From Patescibacteria group bacterium (GTDB lineage: Bacteria > Patescibacteriota > Minisyncoccia > UBA6257 > Colwellbacteraceae), in contig JAMCRD010000006.1 in the NCBI GenBank assembly GCA_023380475.1, positions 2,546-66,545 on the forward strand: a stretch of 64,000 nucleotides of DNA. The letters run 5' to 3'. The position numbers were made by a program, and so were the translations under genes. A model generated the notes under the pieces. That model did not search any database and was not told where the DNA came from. It saw only the letters and a list, made by a program, of their open reading frames with translations. Below are positions 28,748 to 37,501 of this stretch, in pieces. Within the stretch, counting starts at the first letter, position 1. The number at the start of each line of letters is the position of its first letter.

Positions 28748-28782
28748 TACTAATAATCTGCTAATTGAGCATATTATTAGTA
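28748..28782. repeat. 10-bp perfect palindrome TACTAATAAT/ATTATTAGTA with 15-nt spacer
   Basis: Seen directly; sits between Z' and tRNA-Arg(TCT). Confidence 0.6.
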
Positions 28783-28786
28783 GACC

Positions 28787-28858
28787 GTCCCCATAGTTCA
28801 ACGGATAGAACATCTCCCTTCTAAGGAGATGATTGAGGTTCGATTCCTCATGGGGACA
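28787..28858 (+). tRNA. tRNA-Arg(TCT)
   Basis: Acceptor GTCCCCA/TGGGGAC, anticodon stem TCTCC/GGAGA with loop CTTCTAA, T loop GGTTCGATTCC. Confidence 0.8.
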
Positions 28859-28859
28859 C

Positions 28860-28930
28860 CGGGCTGTAGTGTAATGGTAGCACGAGTCTTTTGGGAAGAT
28901 TTAGTCCGAGTTCGAATCTCGGCAGCCCGA
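28860..28930 (+). tRNA. tRNA-Pro(TGG)
   Basis: Acceptor CGGGCTG/CAGCCCG, anticodon loop TTTGGGA with G37, T loop AGTTCGAATCT; starts 2 nt after tRNA-Arg. Confidence 0.75.
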
Positions 28931-28954
28931 CAAAATAAAGTAGACCCATCTAGG

Positions 28955-28990
28955 TTAATAAAAGCCCACCTTTATCTATTTGGTGGGCTT
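28955..28990 (-). terminator. rho-independent terminator of the Cys-rich protein gene
   Basis: Minus-strand hairpin AAGCCCACC-loop-GGTGGGCTT followed by UUUUAUUAA. Confidence 0.5.
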
Positions 28991-28995
28991 ACTGC

Positions 28996-29331
28996 CTATG
29001 CTTCTTGAACGCCGTGAATGTCGGCTGACCTTTCGAGTATAACCCCAGGCAATTTCTTTGAGGTAATTACAGTCTTGGTCTGACCTTCACTAGACGTTAA
29101 CACTTCGCCTTTTAGCCCCAGATATATACCTTCTGCACAGCCCCAGCAAAACAGATCGCCGCAATCATAACCCTGAGCACCCCTATGTTGAGTGTGGTAG
29201 CTAAAACGGTTCCCTGACCTGCTGGTGTGGTAGCTGCACATGTTGATACCACAACCGCTGCACCTATCGAGGGCCCTATTATCACAACCCTTAACCTGGC
29301 ATTTGCCGTCTCTTGGCTCTGGAAGTGACAT
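28996..29331 (-). CDS. cysteine-rich small protein (zinc-ribbon-like)
   Basis: 111 aa with 12 Cys in CxxC-rich clusters (CQVKGC, CSGCGINMC, CGDLFCWGC). Confidence 0.4.
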   Translation of the reverse strand: MSLPEPRDGKCQVKGCDNRALDRCSGCGINMCSYHTSRSGNRFSYHTQHRGAQGYDCGDLFCWGCAEGIYLGLKGEVLTSSEGQTKTVITSKKLPGVILERSADIHGVQEA

Positions 29332-29445
29332 ATGCGATATGTATTTAAAAAAACAGGAAGATTGCCCGTGAAGGCAACCCGCTCAATTTTTCTTGAACTG
29401 GATTACCTCGACTAGTAATCTTACCTAGAAAATACTATAAAATTG

Positions 29446-30075
29446 CTATTTTGTCAATGAGTCAAATTGATTCATCAACGATAAATACTGCTTATTTAGG
29501 GAGTTTACCGATTGCGCATCGCTATTCAGTTGATCGACTATCTTGTTTAATTCTGCATTAAGAGATGCGGTGCTGGTAGCTCCGCCAGTCTGACTTATGT
29601 ACCCCACCTTAAGCTGATCCAGCAACTTGTATATTAGATCGCTGTAATCAACTAGATTTTCTATTATCTGGTACTCCTTGCCTATTGCTTGGACTCCGAT
29701 TTGTTCCGCTGATTCCGGTCTTATTTGATACAGGTCGTTGGCCATCGTGCCAAGTTGGGTCGACAGGATTGAAGCGTTATCACGCTCCTGGTTATTGCTA
29801 TTTATTTCCTGGATTGCGATATCCAGGGCTTTGTTGTAATCACCGGCGTTGTAGGCCGTACTTATATCGTTAAGGTTAGTGATTGAGGTGTCCGCTAAGC
29901 TGACGATGGCGTCGGAGGTTTGTGCAGCCTGAGCCCTGGTAGTTGTGAACTCCTTAGGCACGTAAGGCATACTGTTGTTTAGCGCCTCTGCGCCGTAAAT
30001 TATCCCTATCACTAACAAGATGGCTAAAACCAGTATTATTACTGCGTTCCATCGAGCCGAAGAGCTGTAATACAT
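29446..30075 (-). CDS. membrane-anchored coiled-coil protein
   Basis: 209 aa; N-terminal TM (AVIILVLAILLVIGIIYG), remainder helical and Asn/Gln/Ser-rich. Confidence 0.4.
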   Translation of the reverse strand: MYYSSSARWNAVIILVLAILLVIGIIYGAEALNNSMPYVPKEFTTTRAQAAQTSDAIVSLADTSITNLNDISTAYNAGDYNKALDIAIQEINSNNQERDNASILSTQLGTMANDLYQIRPESAEQIGVQAIGKEYQIIENLVDYSDLIYKLLDQLKVGYISQTGGATSTASLNAELNKIVDQLNSDAQSVNSLNKQYLSLMNQFDSLTK

Positions 30076-30263
30076 CTAAACGGTTATACCCTATTTCTTA
30101 GCGATACACAATTATGTACCTACGACTGGTAAATTCCTATATAGTTTGAACCACTATCGGTATAGAACATAGGCATGTACAGTGGTACATCTACAAAAGG
30201 AAAATACTCGGGCTACGCAGGAAAAGAAAAAAACTACAGAGAGATTGCTAAGGCGCTTGATGG

Positions 30264-30674
30264 TTGACTAAACGTAATATTGCAAGAGTCAAAGCCAGAG
30301 AAGATTTTGATCTATCATATACTCCGCTATTCGCCGTGGGTTTAGCAATATATTGGGGAGAGGGCGACAGCAAGCCAAAGAATCCTTTGAGAATATCCAA
30401 CACAGACCCACGGATGATAAAGTTGTACGTCAGGTTTCTCAGAGAAATTATGAAAGTCCCTGACGATAAAATCCGCCTAGGCCTCATACTGTATCCAGAC
30501 CTCGATGATAGAGCAAGTAAGAATTACTGGTCTAAGATAACTAACTTGAAATCAACAATTTTTGTCAAATCTCAGTTTTCAAAGGGCGTCATCCTACAAA
30601 AAACTGCGCCACGGCGTGTGTATGGTTATAGTAAGTGGGTACGAGTACAAGGAGAGGGTTCTAGAATGGATTGA
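30264..30674 (+). CDS. hypothetical protein
   Basis: 136-aa ORF with no recognised family; contains LAIYWGEGDS segment loosely reminiscent of a LAGLIDADG motif. Confidence 0.3.
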   Translation: MTKRNIARVKAREDFDLSYTPLFAVGLAIYWGEGDSKPKNPLRISNTDPRMIKLYVRFLREIMKVPDDKIRLGLILYPDLDDRASKNYWSKITNLKSTIFVKSQFSKGVILQKTAPRRVYGYSKWVRVQGEGSRMD

Positions 30675-30709
30675 TATTTTGTCAAAACGACTTACAATAA
30701 TGTGAGATC

Positions 30710-30780
30710 GCGGGTATCGTATAGCGGTATTACATCTGGTTGCCAATCAGATGACAGGGGTTCGACTCCCCTTACCCGCT
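30710..30780 (+). tRNA. tRNA-Gly(GCC)
   Basis: Acceptor GCGGGTA/TACCCGC, anticodon stem TCTGG/TCAGA with loop TTGCCAA, T loop GGTTCGACTCC; no encoded CCA. Confidence 0.75.
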
Positions 30781-32262
30781 CAAGGTTATTTCTTCTTCAA
30801 CGCCTATATTTTTTATAAAGTCCGCGTCGTGAGATATAACTATCAGCGCGCCTCTGAAATTAGATAGAGCGCTTTCAATTTTTTCGATACTGTCTAGATC
30901 TAAATTATTGGTCGGTTCATCTAAGACAAGGAGTTGCGGCGGTTTTTCTCCAGATAAGATACATGCCAGTGCGGCACGCATCTTTTCCCCGCCGCTTAGT
31001 ACATCGACTTTCTTTATAATATCGCTGTCTCTAAACAAAAATCTGGCGAGCCACTTCCTGGATGCTTCGTTATCAAGCCCAGATATGCGCTCCATGTTGT
31101 TTAGAAGGGTCGCATCCCTAGATAGCCTTACAACATCCTGATCAAGATATGCCACTCTATCTATACCAAGCACGACCCTACCTACCACTGGATTTATTTC
31201 TTTCAAAATTATCTTTACCAGCGTGGTTTTCCCTGAACCGTTCGGCCCGCTTATGGACACCCTTACCGGGCCATAAAGATCAAGATTAAACTTTCTCAAT
31301 ATAGGCTTCGTACCGTAAGAGAAACTCACGTCTTTCAGTGTCGAAACAAGTTTGCCGCTAGGGACTTCTGTTCCGGAAATATCCACTTTTATGCTATTTT
31401 CCGGCGGGATCCTGGCCACAGCTTCCTCCAATGCACGTTTGGCATTGTTCACTCTAATAATATGAGTTAGGTGCAGTTTGGAACTCGTTTTCTCGCTGGT
31501 TTCTTTCATATGACCAAGCTCCAATCTGGACATCCCCAACTTGCCCTTCACCGCCCGTCCACGTCTAACCCTAACTCGCTGTCTTTCCAACATAGCTTCA
31601 GCCTGTTGCTCAGCGAGCTTAAACTTTTCACGCTTTACGGTTACATCCCTAGCAGCTGCTGCGCTCTCCGAATTCTTAATCTCTCTGTATGCAGAGTAGT
31701 TGCCACCGTAAAGCCTTAACCCATTTTCTGATAATTCAAGAATTCTATCCACTAAATTGAGCAGCTGTCGGTCGTGACTAACTACCAGCACGCCGCCACG
31801 CCAGTTCTCTACCAATTTGTAGATCACCTCGCGCGAAGCGCGATCCAGATTGTTGGTAGGCTCATCCAGTATTAGGAACTTCGGTTGCGATGCTATCAGG
31901 CTAGCCAGGACGACTTTCACTCTTTCACCGCCACTTAGGTTCCCAAGTGCGCGATTGGGTTCGATGTGTTTTATACCGAGTTCGGGGAACTTCCCCAAAC
32001 CATTTGCGCCAGCTACATCCAACACCTTCCTCGAAAGATCAACGTGCATATCTTGCGGCAGATAAGCTGTGCGAACCAACCTCTCGATCTTGCCTCTACT
32101 GGGTTCGATTTCGCCGACAAGCAACTTCAGAAAAGTAGTTTTACCCACACCGTTCTTGCCGACCAGGCCTGTTTTCTCACTGTCAAAGCTTGCAGTTATA
32201 TCTCTAAGGATGTAACCCGAACCCGCATCGAATGATATGTTTTTAGCTACTATGTCTGCCAT
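30772..32262 (-). CDS. ABC-F family ATPase (tandem ABC domains, no TM domain)
   Basis: Two Walker A sites (GKNGVGKTT, GPNGSGKTT), two signature motifs (LSGGERVK, LSGGEKMR), charged linker between them. Confidence 0.8.
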   Translation of the reverse strand: MADIVAKNISFDAGSGYILRDITASFDSEKTGLVGKNGVGKTTFLKLLVGEIEPSRGKIERLVRTAYLPQDMHVDLSRKVLDVAGANGLGKFPELGIKHIEPNRALGNLSGGERVKVVLASLIASQPKFLILDEPTNNLDRASREVIYKLVENWRGGVLVVSHDRQLLNLVDRILELSENGLRLYGGNYSAYREIKNSESAAAARDVTVKREKFKLAEQQAEAMLERQRVRVRRGRAVKGKLGMSRLELGHMKETSEKTSSKLHLTHIIRVNNAKRALEEAVARIPPENSIKVDISGTEVPSGKLVSTLKDVSFSYGTKPILRKFNLDLYGPVRVSISGPNGSGKTTLVKIILKEINPVVGRVVLGIDRVAYLDQDVVRLSRDATLLNNMERISGLDNEASRKWLARFLFRDSDIIKKVDVLSGGEKMRAALACILSGEKPPQLLVLDEPTNNLDLDSIEKIESALSNFRGALIVISHDADFIKNIGVEEEITLSG

Positions 32263-32367
32263 TGCTACGGATAAATTGTACGCCGGGTAAGATAGGAGGT
32301 CGATTAGCAGTAATTTACGGGGTTATGTTTTTGGGATATCCTAAGCTGATCGCGTTTTACTCTCCCC

Positions 32368-33852
32368 ATGTGGCAAAAGATAAAGTCCTTCCTTGTTGAG
32401 AACAGAACCACGAAACAGACTGTGGCCAAAAACACTGTCTGGCTTTCTATATCTAATTTTGGCGGCCGTCTTCTCAAGGCGGTTATCGTTATATACGGCG
32501 CGCGAGTTTTAAGCACTGCCGGCTATGGTGTGTTTTCATACGCTGTCACTCTGGCTGGTTTCTTCACGCTGTTCGTTGATCCCGGCATAAACGCTATTTT
32601 GGTACGTGAAGGGTCCAAAGCTTCGCCCGAGGAACGCCAATCTCTGTTCGCAACAACCTTGATCATGAAGGCTGTAGTCCTCGCGTTAAGCGTTGTTGTA
32701 ATCCTAACCGTAGCTCCTTTGTTTTCGATCCTCCCGGGCGCCAAGGCATTGATTCCGTTTATCGCCCTGATAATCGTTTTCGATAGTTCACGTGAGTTCC
32801 TGGCTTCCTTCTTCCGGGCAGGAGAGAAAATGCAGTGGGATGCCGCGTCTTTCTTGATAGAAAACCTTGGCATCGTGGTCTTTGGGTTCATATTCTTAGC
32901 CATCTCTGCCACCCCGCTTTCTTTCACCAAGTCGTACGTCTTAGGTACAGCAGTTGGTGCGCTTGCGGCAGCATGGCTCCTCCGGAGAAATTTCACCAAC
33001 ATACTAGCTGGAGCCTCCGTAAGAAAGATGATCGACATCATAAAGGTAGCGTGGCCGTTCGCCGTGACCAGCGCGCTGGGTATACTTCTTACGAATACCG
33101 ACATTCTTATTATCAGCTGGATGCGGAATGCATCTGACGTGGGTATCTACTCTGCAGCCATACGCATAATCCAGGTGCTGTACATTGTCCCAACCATAAT
33201 TCAATTCAGCACACTGCCCCTCTTGTCCCGCTTAGCCAAACGTGACCCCGATAAGTTCCGCATAGCATTTGAAAGGATAACGTCCTCCATCTTCCTGGTT
33301 TCTATACCTCTCTCCGTCGGCGGCATTATCTTAAGCAATGGGATCATGGGTTTGATATTCGGTCCGGCCTACGCTGGGGGAGGAACCGCTTTTGCAATCC
33401 TGATGCTCGGTTTATCGTTTGACTACACCGCCTGTGTAATAGCCAATGGCATTTTTGCTCACAACCATCAAAAGAGTCTGATTGTATCCTCGGCTATAGG
33501 CGGCTTCGGCAATGTTCTACTCGATCTGCTACTCATCCCGCCATTGGGCATAGTTGGATCATCTATAGCCACACTTCTCGCCCAAATCCTAAGCAATTCC
33601 TACCTCTGGTACGCCATGGGCAAACTAAATAGTTTTCACGTCCTACCTAAGCTTAAAAGGATAGTCGCTGCCAGCTTAGTAATGGCTGCGGTGACATGGT
33701 TGCTGGCGACCTTGCAGGTCAATATCATAGGGAACATAGTCGTTTCCGGAATTGTCTATTCCCTCATGCTGCTGCTGACCAAAGAGCCCCTAGTTAAGGA
33801 GATTAAAGAACTAAGTGGGTTCGCTAATCCCTCCGAGGGAAGCTCTGTCTAG
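32368..33852 (+). CDS. polysaccharide flippase (Wzx/PST family)
   Basis: 494 aa with about 12-14 TM helices; oligosaccharide-flippase-like N-terminus; heads a glycan cluster. Confidence 0.7.
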   Translation: MWQKIKSFLVENRTTKQTVAKNTVWLSISNFGGRLLKAVIVIYGARVLSTAGYGVFSYAVTLAGFFTLFVDPGINAILVREGSKASPEERQSLFATTLIMKAVVLALSVVVILTVAPLFSILPGAKALIPFIALIIVFDSSREFLASFFRAGEKMQWDAASFLIENLGIVVFGFIFLAISATPLSFTKSYVLGTAVGALAAAWLLRRNFTNILAGASVRKMIDIIKVAWPFAVTSALGILLTNTDILIISWMRNASDVGIYSAAIRIIQVLYIVPTIIQFSTLPLLSRLAKRDPDKFRIAFERITSSIFLVSIPLSVGGIILSNGIMGLIFGPAYAGGGTAFAILMLGLSFDYTACVIANGIFAHNHQKSLIVSSAIGGFGNVLLDLLLIPPLGIVGSSIATLLAQILSNSYLWYAMGKLNSFHVLPKLKRIVAASLVMAAVTWLLATLQVNIIGNIVVSGIVYSLMLLLTKEPLVKEIKELSGFANPSEGSSV

Positions 33853-35069
33853 ACCGTCCTGGTTATTGCCTCAAACAACTTCCTGAACCGTTCTTGAGAT
33901 AGCTTGTCGGTGTAGCTGGCTGTCACCAGTTCTCTTCCCTTCTCGCTTACTTGGCGGGCATAGGCAGCATCGCTCAATAAGCGGTCTATAGAGTCGACCC
34001 AGCCGACGACGTCATTCACGTCCTTCACTACAATGTTACGACCTTCTTCAACGCCCTCTATTCCAGCTACGCCTAATGGTGTCGTGATGACAGGTATACC
34101 TATGGCCATAGCCTCCAGTATTTTAGTCGGTGTTCCAGCGCCGAAACGTAGCGGAGCAACGAACACGGCTCCAGCAGCAATCACAGTATATGGGTCATCG
34201 ACAAAGCCAGTAAAAGTTACATCCTCGCCGTCCACGAATTTCAGGCTGCCCCTATCGCCGATGACCACCAGCTTCAGCGACGGGTTCCCCTTCTTTATGT
34301 TCGGCCATAATCCTTCCAAGAAAAACCTTACAGCATCGGTGTTAGGTGGGTACTTTAGGTTGCCCATAAAAACCAGTGAATTATTTCCTCGCTTCCAGTG
34401 GTAATTGAGTACTTTAGAATCTATGCCGTGCTTTATATTCTCAAAAGTAAAGTTGTTGCTGAAACCGGTTCGGCTATAGTTGTCCAGAATGTAACGCTTG
34501 TCCCTGGCTGAGGTCACGTTGAAATATTCGAACTCGCTGAGCAATCTGACCTCGTAGTTCTTTATTCTACTTTCTTCGATTGAATATATCGCCCTCCAAA
34601 ATGGGGAGGCAAACCTTTTGCCGTCTTTGTAGTTCAGGGATATTGCGTCGTTAAAGTCCAGAACAATCTTATCCCTACAGACCTTGCTTATCTTTTCAGC
34701 GTACTTGCCTAACCTTATCGTATGAACATATATGGCGTCGTACTGCTCAGCATGGTCCGATAACCATTTTTTGACCTCTCTGAAGTAATAGTAGCCAGTT
34801 TGCATAGGCTTGTTGGAAAAAACAGAAACTAGTGCCCGGAGATAAAACTTCCACTTAGCGTATCGGAACAAGTAAAGCCTGCCGAAGTTATTCCTTAAGT
34901 AACTTGTCTGCGACTCCTTAACGTTGTCATCGGTAACTATGCAAAACTCCAGATCAAATTCTGGTTCCAGCCCCTGGATAATATTATTGAGTATCTTGAA
35001 ACGTGTCCCGTCCACCGGTGGGTATGGCAGGCGCGTCAGAAGAACCAAGATTTTTTTCTTACTGTTCAT
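33849..35069 (-). CDS. glycosyltransferase family 4 (GT-B)
   Basis: EAMAIGIPVITTPLGVAGIEG..EGRNIVV C-terminal GT1/GT4 motif; start set at internal Met (MNSKKKILVLL). Confidence 0.75.
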   Translation of the reverse strand: MNSKKKILVLLTRLPYPPVDGTRFKILNNIIQGLEPEFDLEFCIVTDDNVKESQTSYLRNNFGRLYLFRYAKWKFYLRALVSVFSNKPMQTGYYYFREVKKWLSDHAEQYDAIYVHTIRLGKYAEKISKVCRDKIVLDFNDAISLNYKDGKRFASPFWRAIYSIEESRIKNYEVRLLSEFEYFNVTSARDKRYILDNYSRTGFSNNFTFENIKHGIDSKVLNYHWKRGNNSLVFMGNLKYPPNTDAVRFFLEGLWPNIKKGNPSLKLVVIGDRGSLKFVDGEDVTFTGFVDDPYTVIAAGAVFVAPLRFGAGTPTKILEAMAIGIPVITTPLGVAGIEGVEEGRNIVVKDVNDVVGWVDSIDRLLSDAAYARQVSEKGRELVTASYTDKLSQERFRKLFEAITRTV

Positions 35070-35967
35070 GGCTTGCTTCAGACAACCCCTCATAACCGCC
35101 TTTGAGCCAGGAAAAGATATTGCTAACTTTATTCCCACCTTTGACTATTTGATAAACCCTGAAAGGGGTATAGGCGAAAGTGAATAACAGTACCCCATAT
35201 ATCAGCCATCCAAAAGAAAAGTTCTTCTTTATAAACAAAAAATACGACTTGGCGAGATGGTATAACACATATGGGCTAGTCCTCGTTTCCTCTATATCCT
35301 TAATATCATGGAAAACGGATGCGCCAGGAACATATATCACATTAAACCCGGCTTTCTCAGCGTTAAAGCAAAAATCTAAATCCTCGGCATAGAAGAAGAA
35401 CCTTTCATCAAACAGACCTATCTTTTCAAACACTTCCTTTTTAATAAGCATTGCGCATCCGCTCAAAAAATCGACTTTCCTGGAACGGCCACCGTTGTCC
35501 AAAACCTTGTTCTTATCGAACGAAACTACGCCCATCTTTGCTTTCCGGAAATATCCTCCCCCTTGCCATACCTTTTGTCTGTTGTGAGCATAAAATATCC
35601 GGGGACCGGCAATACCATTGCGCTTATCTGCGTTAATAGCATCCATTAGCTTACCCAATGTGTTTGCCTCGATCTCAGCATCATTATTTACAAGGAACAC
35701 ATATTCCGCACCTTCTTTGAGGGCCTTTCGTATGCCGACATTTACGCCAGCAGCAAATCCTAAATTCCTACCGTTGAAAATGAAATCTGTTTCCGGAAAC
35801 TCTCTCCTTAATCTTTCCCCAGATCCATCGACTGAACCATTATCTACTACGACGACCGAGACATCCTCAGAGCTTACCGAACGGAGCGAAAGGAGACATA
35901 TTTTTACAGCTGCATAACTATTCCAGTTAATGGTGATGATGGTTATGTGTTTATTACTGATTCTCAT
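35059..35967 (-). CDS. glycosyltransferase family 2
   Basis: ITIITINWNS...VVVVDNGSVDGS and DxD-containing GT-A fold; start set at internal Met (MRISNKH). Confidence 0.7.
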   Translation of the reverse strand: MRISNKHITIITINWNSYAAVKICLLSLRSVSSEDVSVVVVDNGSVDGSGERLRREFPETDFIFNGRNLGFAAGVNVGIRKALKEGAEYVFLVNNDAEIEANTLGKLMDAINADKRNGIAGPRIFYAHNRQKVWQGGGYFRKAKMGVVSFDKNKVLDNGGRSRKVDFLSGCAMLIKKEVFEKIGLFDERFFFYAEDLDFCFNAEKAGFNVIYVPGASVFHDIKDIEETRTSPYVLYHLAKSYFLFIKKNFSFGWLIYGVLLFTFAYTPFRVYQIVKGGNKVSNIFSWLKGGYEGLSEASHEQ

Positions 35968-36784
35968 AGAAAGCCTTTGGATGCCGGACATTAATTCTCT
36001 TAACGAGGACAGCCCCGTTGCGGCGAGAATTATGGTCCCCCACTTCAACAAGTTCTTCCTTTTTATCCTTCTCAGCTAGTCTCAAATCGGCCGCCTTGAA
36101 ACCATTGAGGTAATGGTAGTGAAACACATGAATATCATCCAAGACAACGATCTTTACACCCAAAATTAGTTCGGCAATAACTTTGAGCAATGGAGTGAGA
36201 AACTTAGAAAAATAAATATAGCGAAGGCCTATGGGTATGTTAATGCCAAGAACCCTTTTTACCAACTTCGGGTGCATCTTATCCTCTCTGTATGAGAACC
36301 AAGAAAAGGACTCATTATTCGGGAATAGATTATGGTGGTAGTTTGGGTACCAGACCCTATCATCCCCAGCATTAACCCTTATCCAATCGGGCTTCTTCCA
36401 GAAATGAAGCGTTGAGAAGAAACAAACAATGTTATCGGAGTCCATTCTCTTAATGAAATCAACGAATGTATCCTCGACACATTCATCGGCATCGATACAA
36501 AGAATGTAATCACCATCGCTCATCCTCATCATGAGTGTCCTTCGACGCGGCTCATCCCACCCCTTGTTATAGATAGAACCATTCTCCTGAGGCCATATGT
36601 ACAACTTGATCCTCGGATCATGGAGCGAAACAACATACTCAATCGTACCGTCGGTCGACCCACCGTCCAAGATAACAATCTCATCGCAAAATTCGAAGAG
36701 ATTTCTAATCGCGATGGGTATGTTATGGATTTCATTCAGCACCATAAGATTTCCGCTTATTCTTATCTTTTTGTGAGTAGCCAT
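35954..36784 (-). CDS. glycosyltransferase family 2-like
   Basis: ILDGGSTDGT and CIDADE motifs; start set at internal Met (MATHKK). Confidence 0.55.
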   Translation of the reverse strand: MATHKKIRISGNLMVLNEIHNIPIAIRNLFEFCDEIVILDGGSTDGTIEYVVSLHDPRIKLYIWPQENGSIYNKGWDEPRRRTLMMRMSDGDYILCIDADECVEDTFVDFIKRMDSDNIVCFFSTLHFWKKPDWIRVNAGDDRVWYPNYHHNLFPNNESFSWFSYREDKMHPKLVKRVLGINIPIGLRYIYFSKFLTPLLKVIAELILGVKIVVLDDIHVFHYHYLNGFKAADLRLAEKDKKEELVEVGDHNSRRNGAVLVKRINVRHPKAFYENQ

Positions 36785-36792
36785 TTTGATGT

Positions 36793-37500
36793 TCACTTTT
36801 TCTTTAGTATGAAGGCTAATTCGGCACAATATTCCGGAAAAGCTTTCCCTATCTCATACAGAGCATCACAATATCCATCAGGAAGCTCCTCCATCTTATG
36901 ATTAGGAAGTGTCTTTAAAAGTAGACCGCCAGTCTTGACTTTTAAAAACCCCGCCTTAGTCACTACACTACTTAGCCTTTCCGAATCGAAGTACCTCTTA
37001 TGTCCGATCTTCTTATCAATGGGACCCAGATCGTAAATGGTTTTTATGAAACCCATTTCTTTCCCAATAAAACGATGTATAGATTTGGCGTTGGGGACAA
37101 TAACCAAAAGCCGCCCCCCCTTAGAGAGAAGGCTCTTCGCCTTCCTCAAAAAAATTAACGGGTTATCTACGTGCTCAAGGATGTCTATGGCTATTATGAG
37201 ATCAAATCGGCGGTTCAGTCTCATATTTTCGACTTTCGAAAGTACAAACTCAAATTTTTTATTATTAAATTTTTTCCTGCTCCGCTTAAGATATTTCTCA
37301 TCAAAATCTACCAATACAATCTTTTTGGCTTTTTCCACTATCCGAGAGCAGTGGGATAGGTCAATAATTACATCGCCAGTACCAGCACCTAAATCTAATA
37401 TGGAATCGATTTTCCTGTGCCCCAAGAAGTCATTAATAAAGAATGCCCTATATCTACTCATCTTGGCATTAAAACCCAGTGCGTACTGATTCTTTGGCAT
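36793..37500 (-). CDS. class I SAM-dependent methyltransferase
   Basis: ILDLGAGTGDVIIDL motif I and downstream motifs; 235 aa. Confidence 0.7.
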   Translation of the reverse strand: MPKNQYALGFNAKMSRYRAFFINDFLGHRKIDSILDLGAGTGDVIIDLSHCSRIVEKAKKIVLVDFDEKYLKRSRKKFNNKKFEFVLSKVENMRLNRRFDLIIAIDILEHVDNPLIFLRKAKSLLSKGGRLLVIVPNAKSIHRFIGKEMGFIKTIYDLGPIDKKIGHKRYFDSERLSSVVTKAGFLKVKTGGLLLKTLPNHKMEELPDGYCDALYEIGKAFPEYCAELAFILKKK

Positions 37501-37501
37501 C

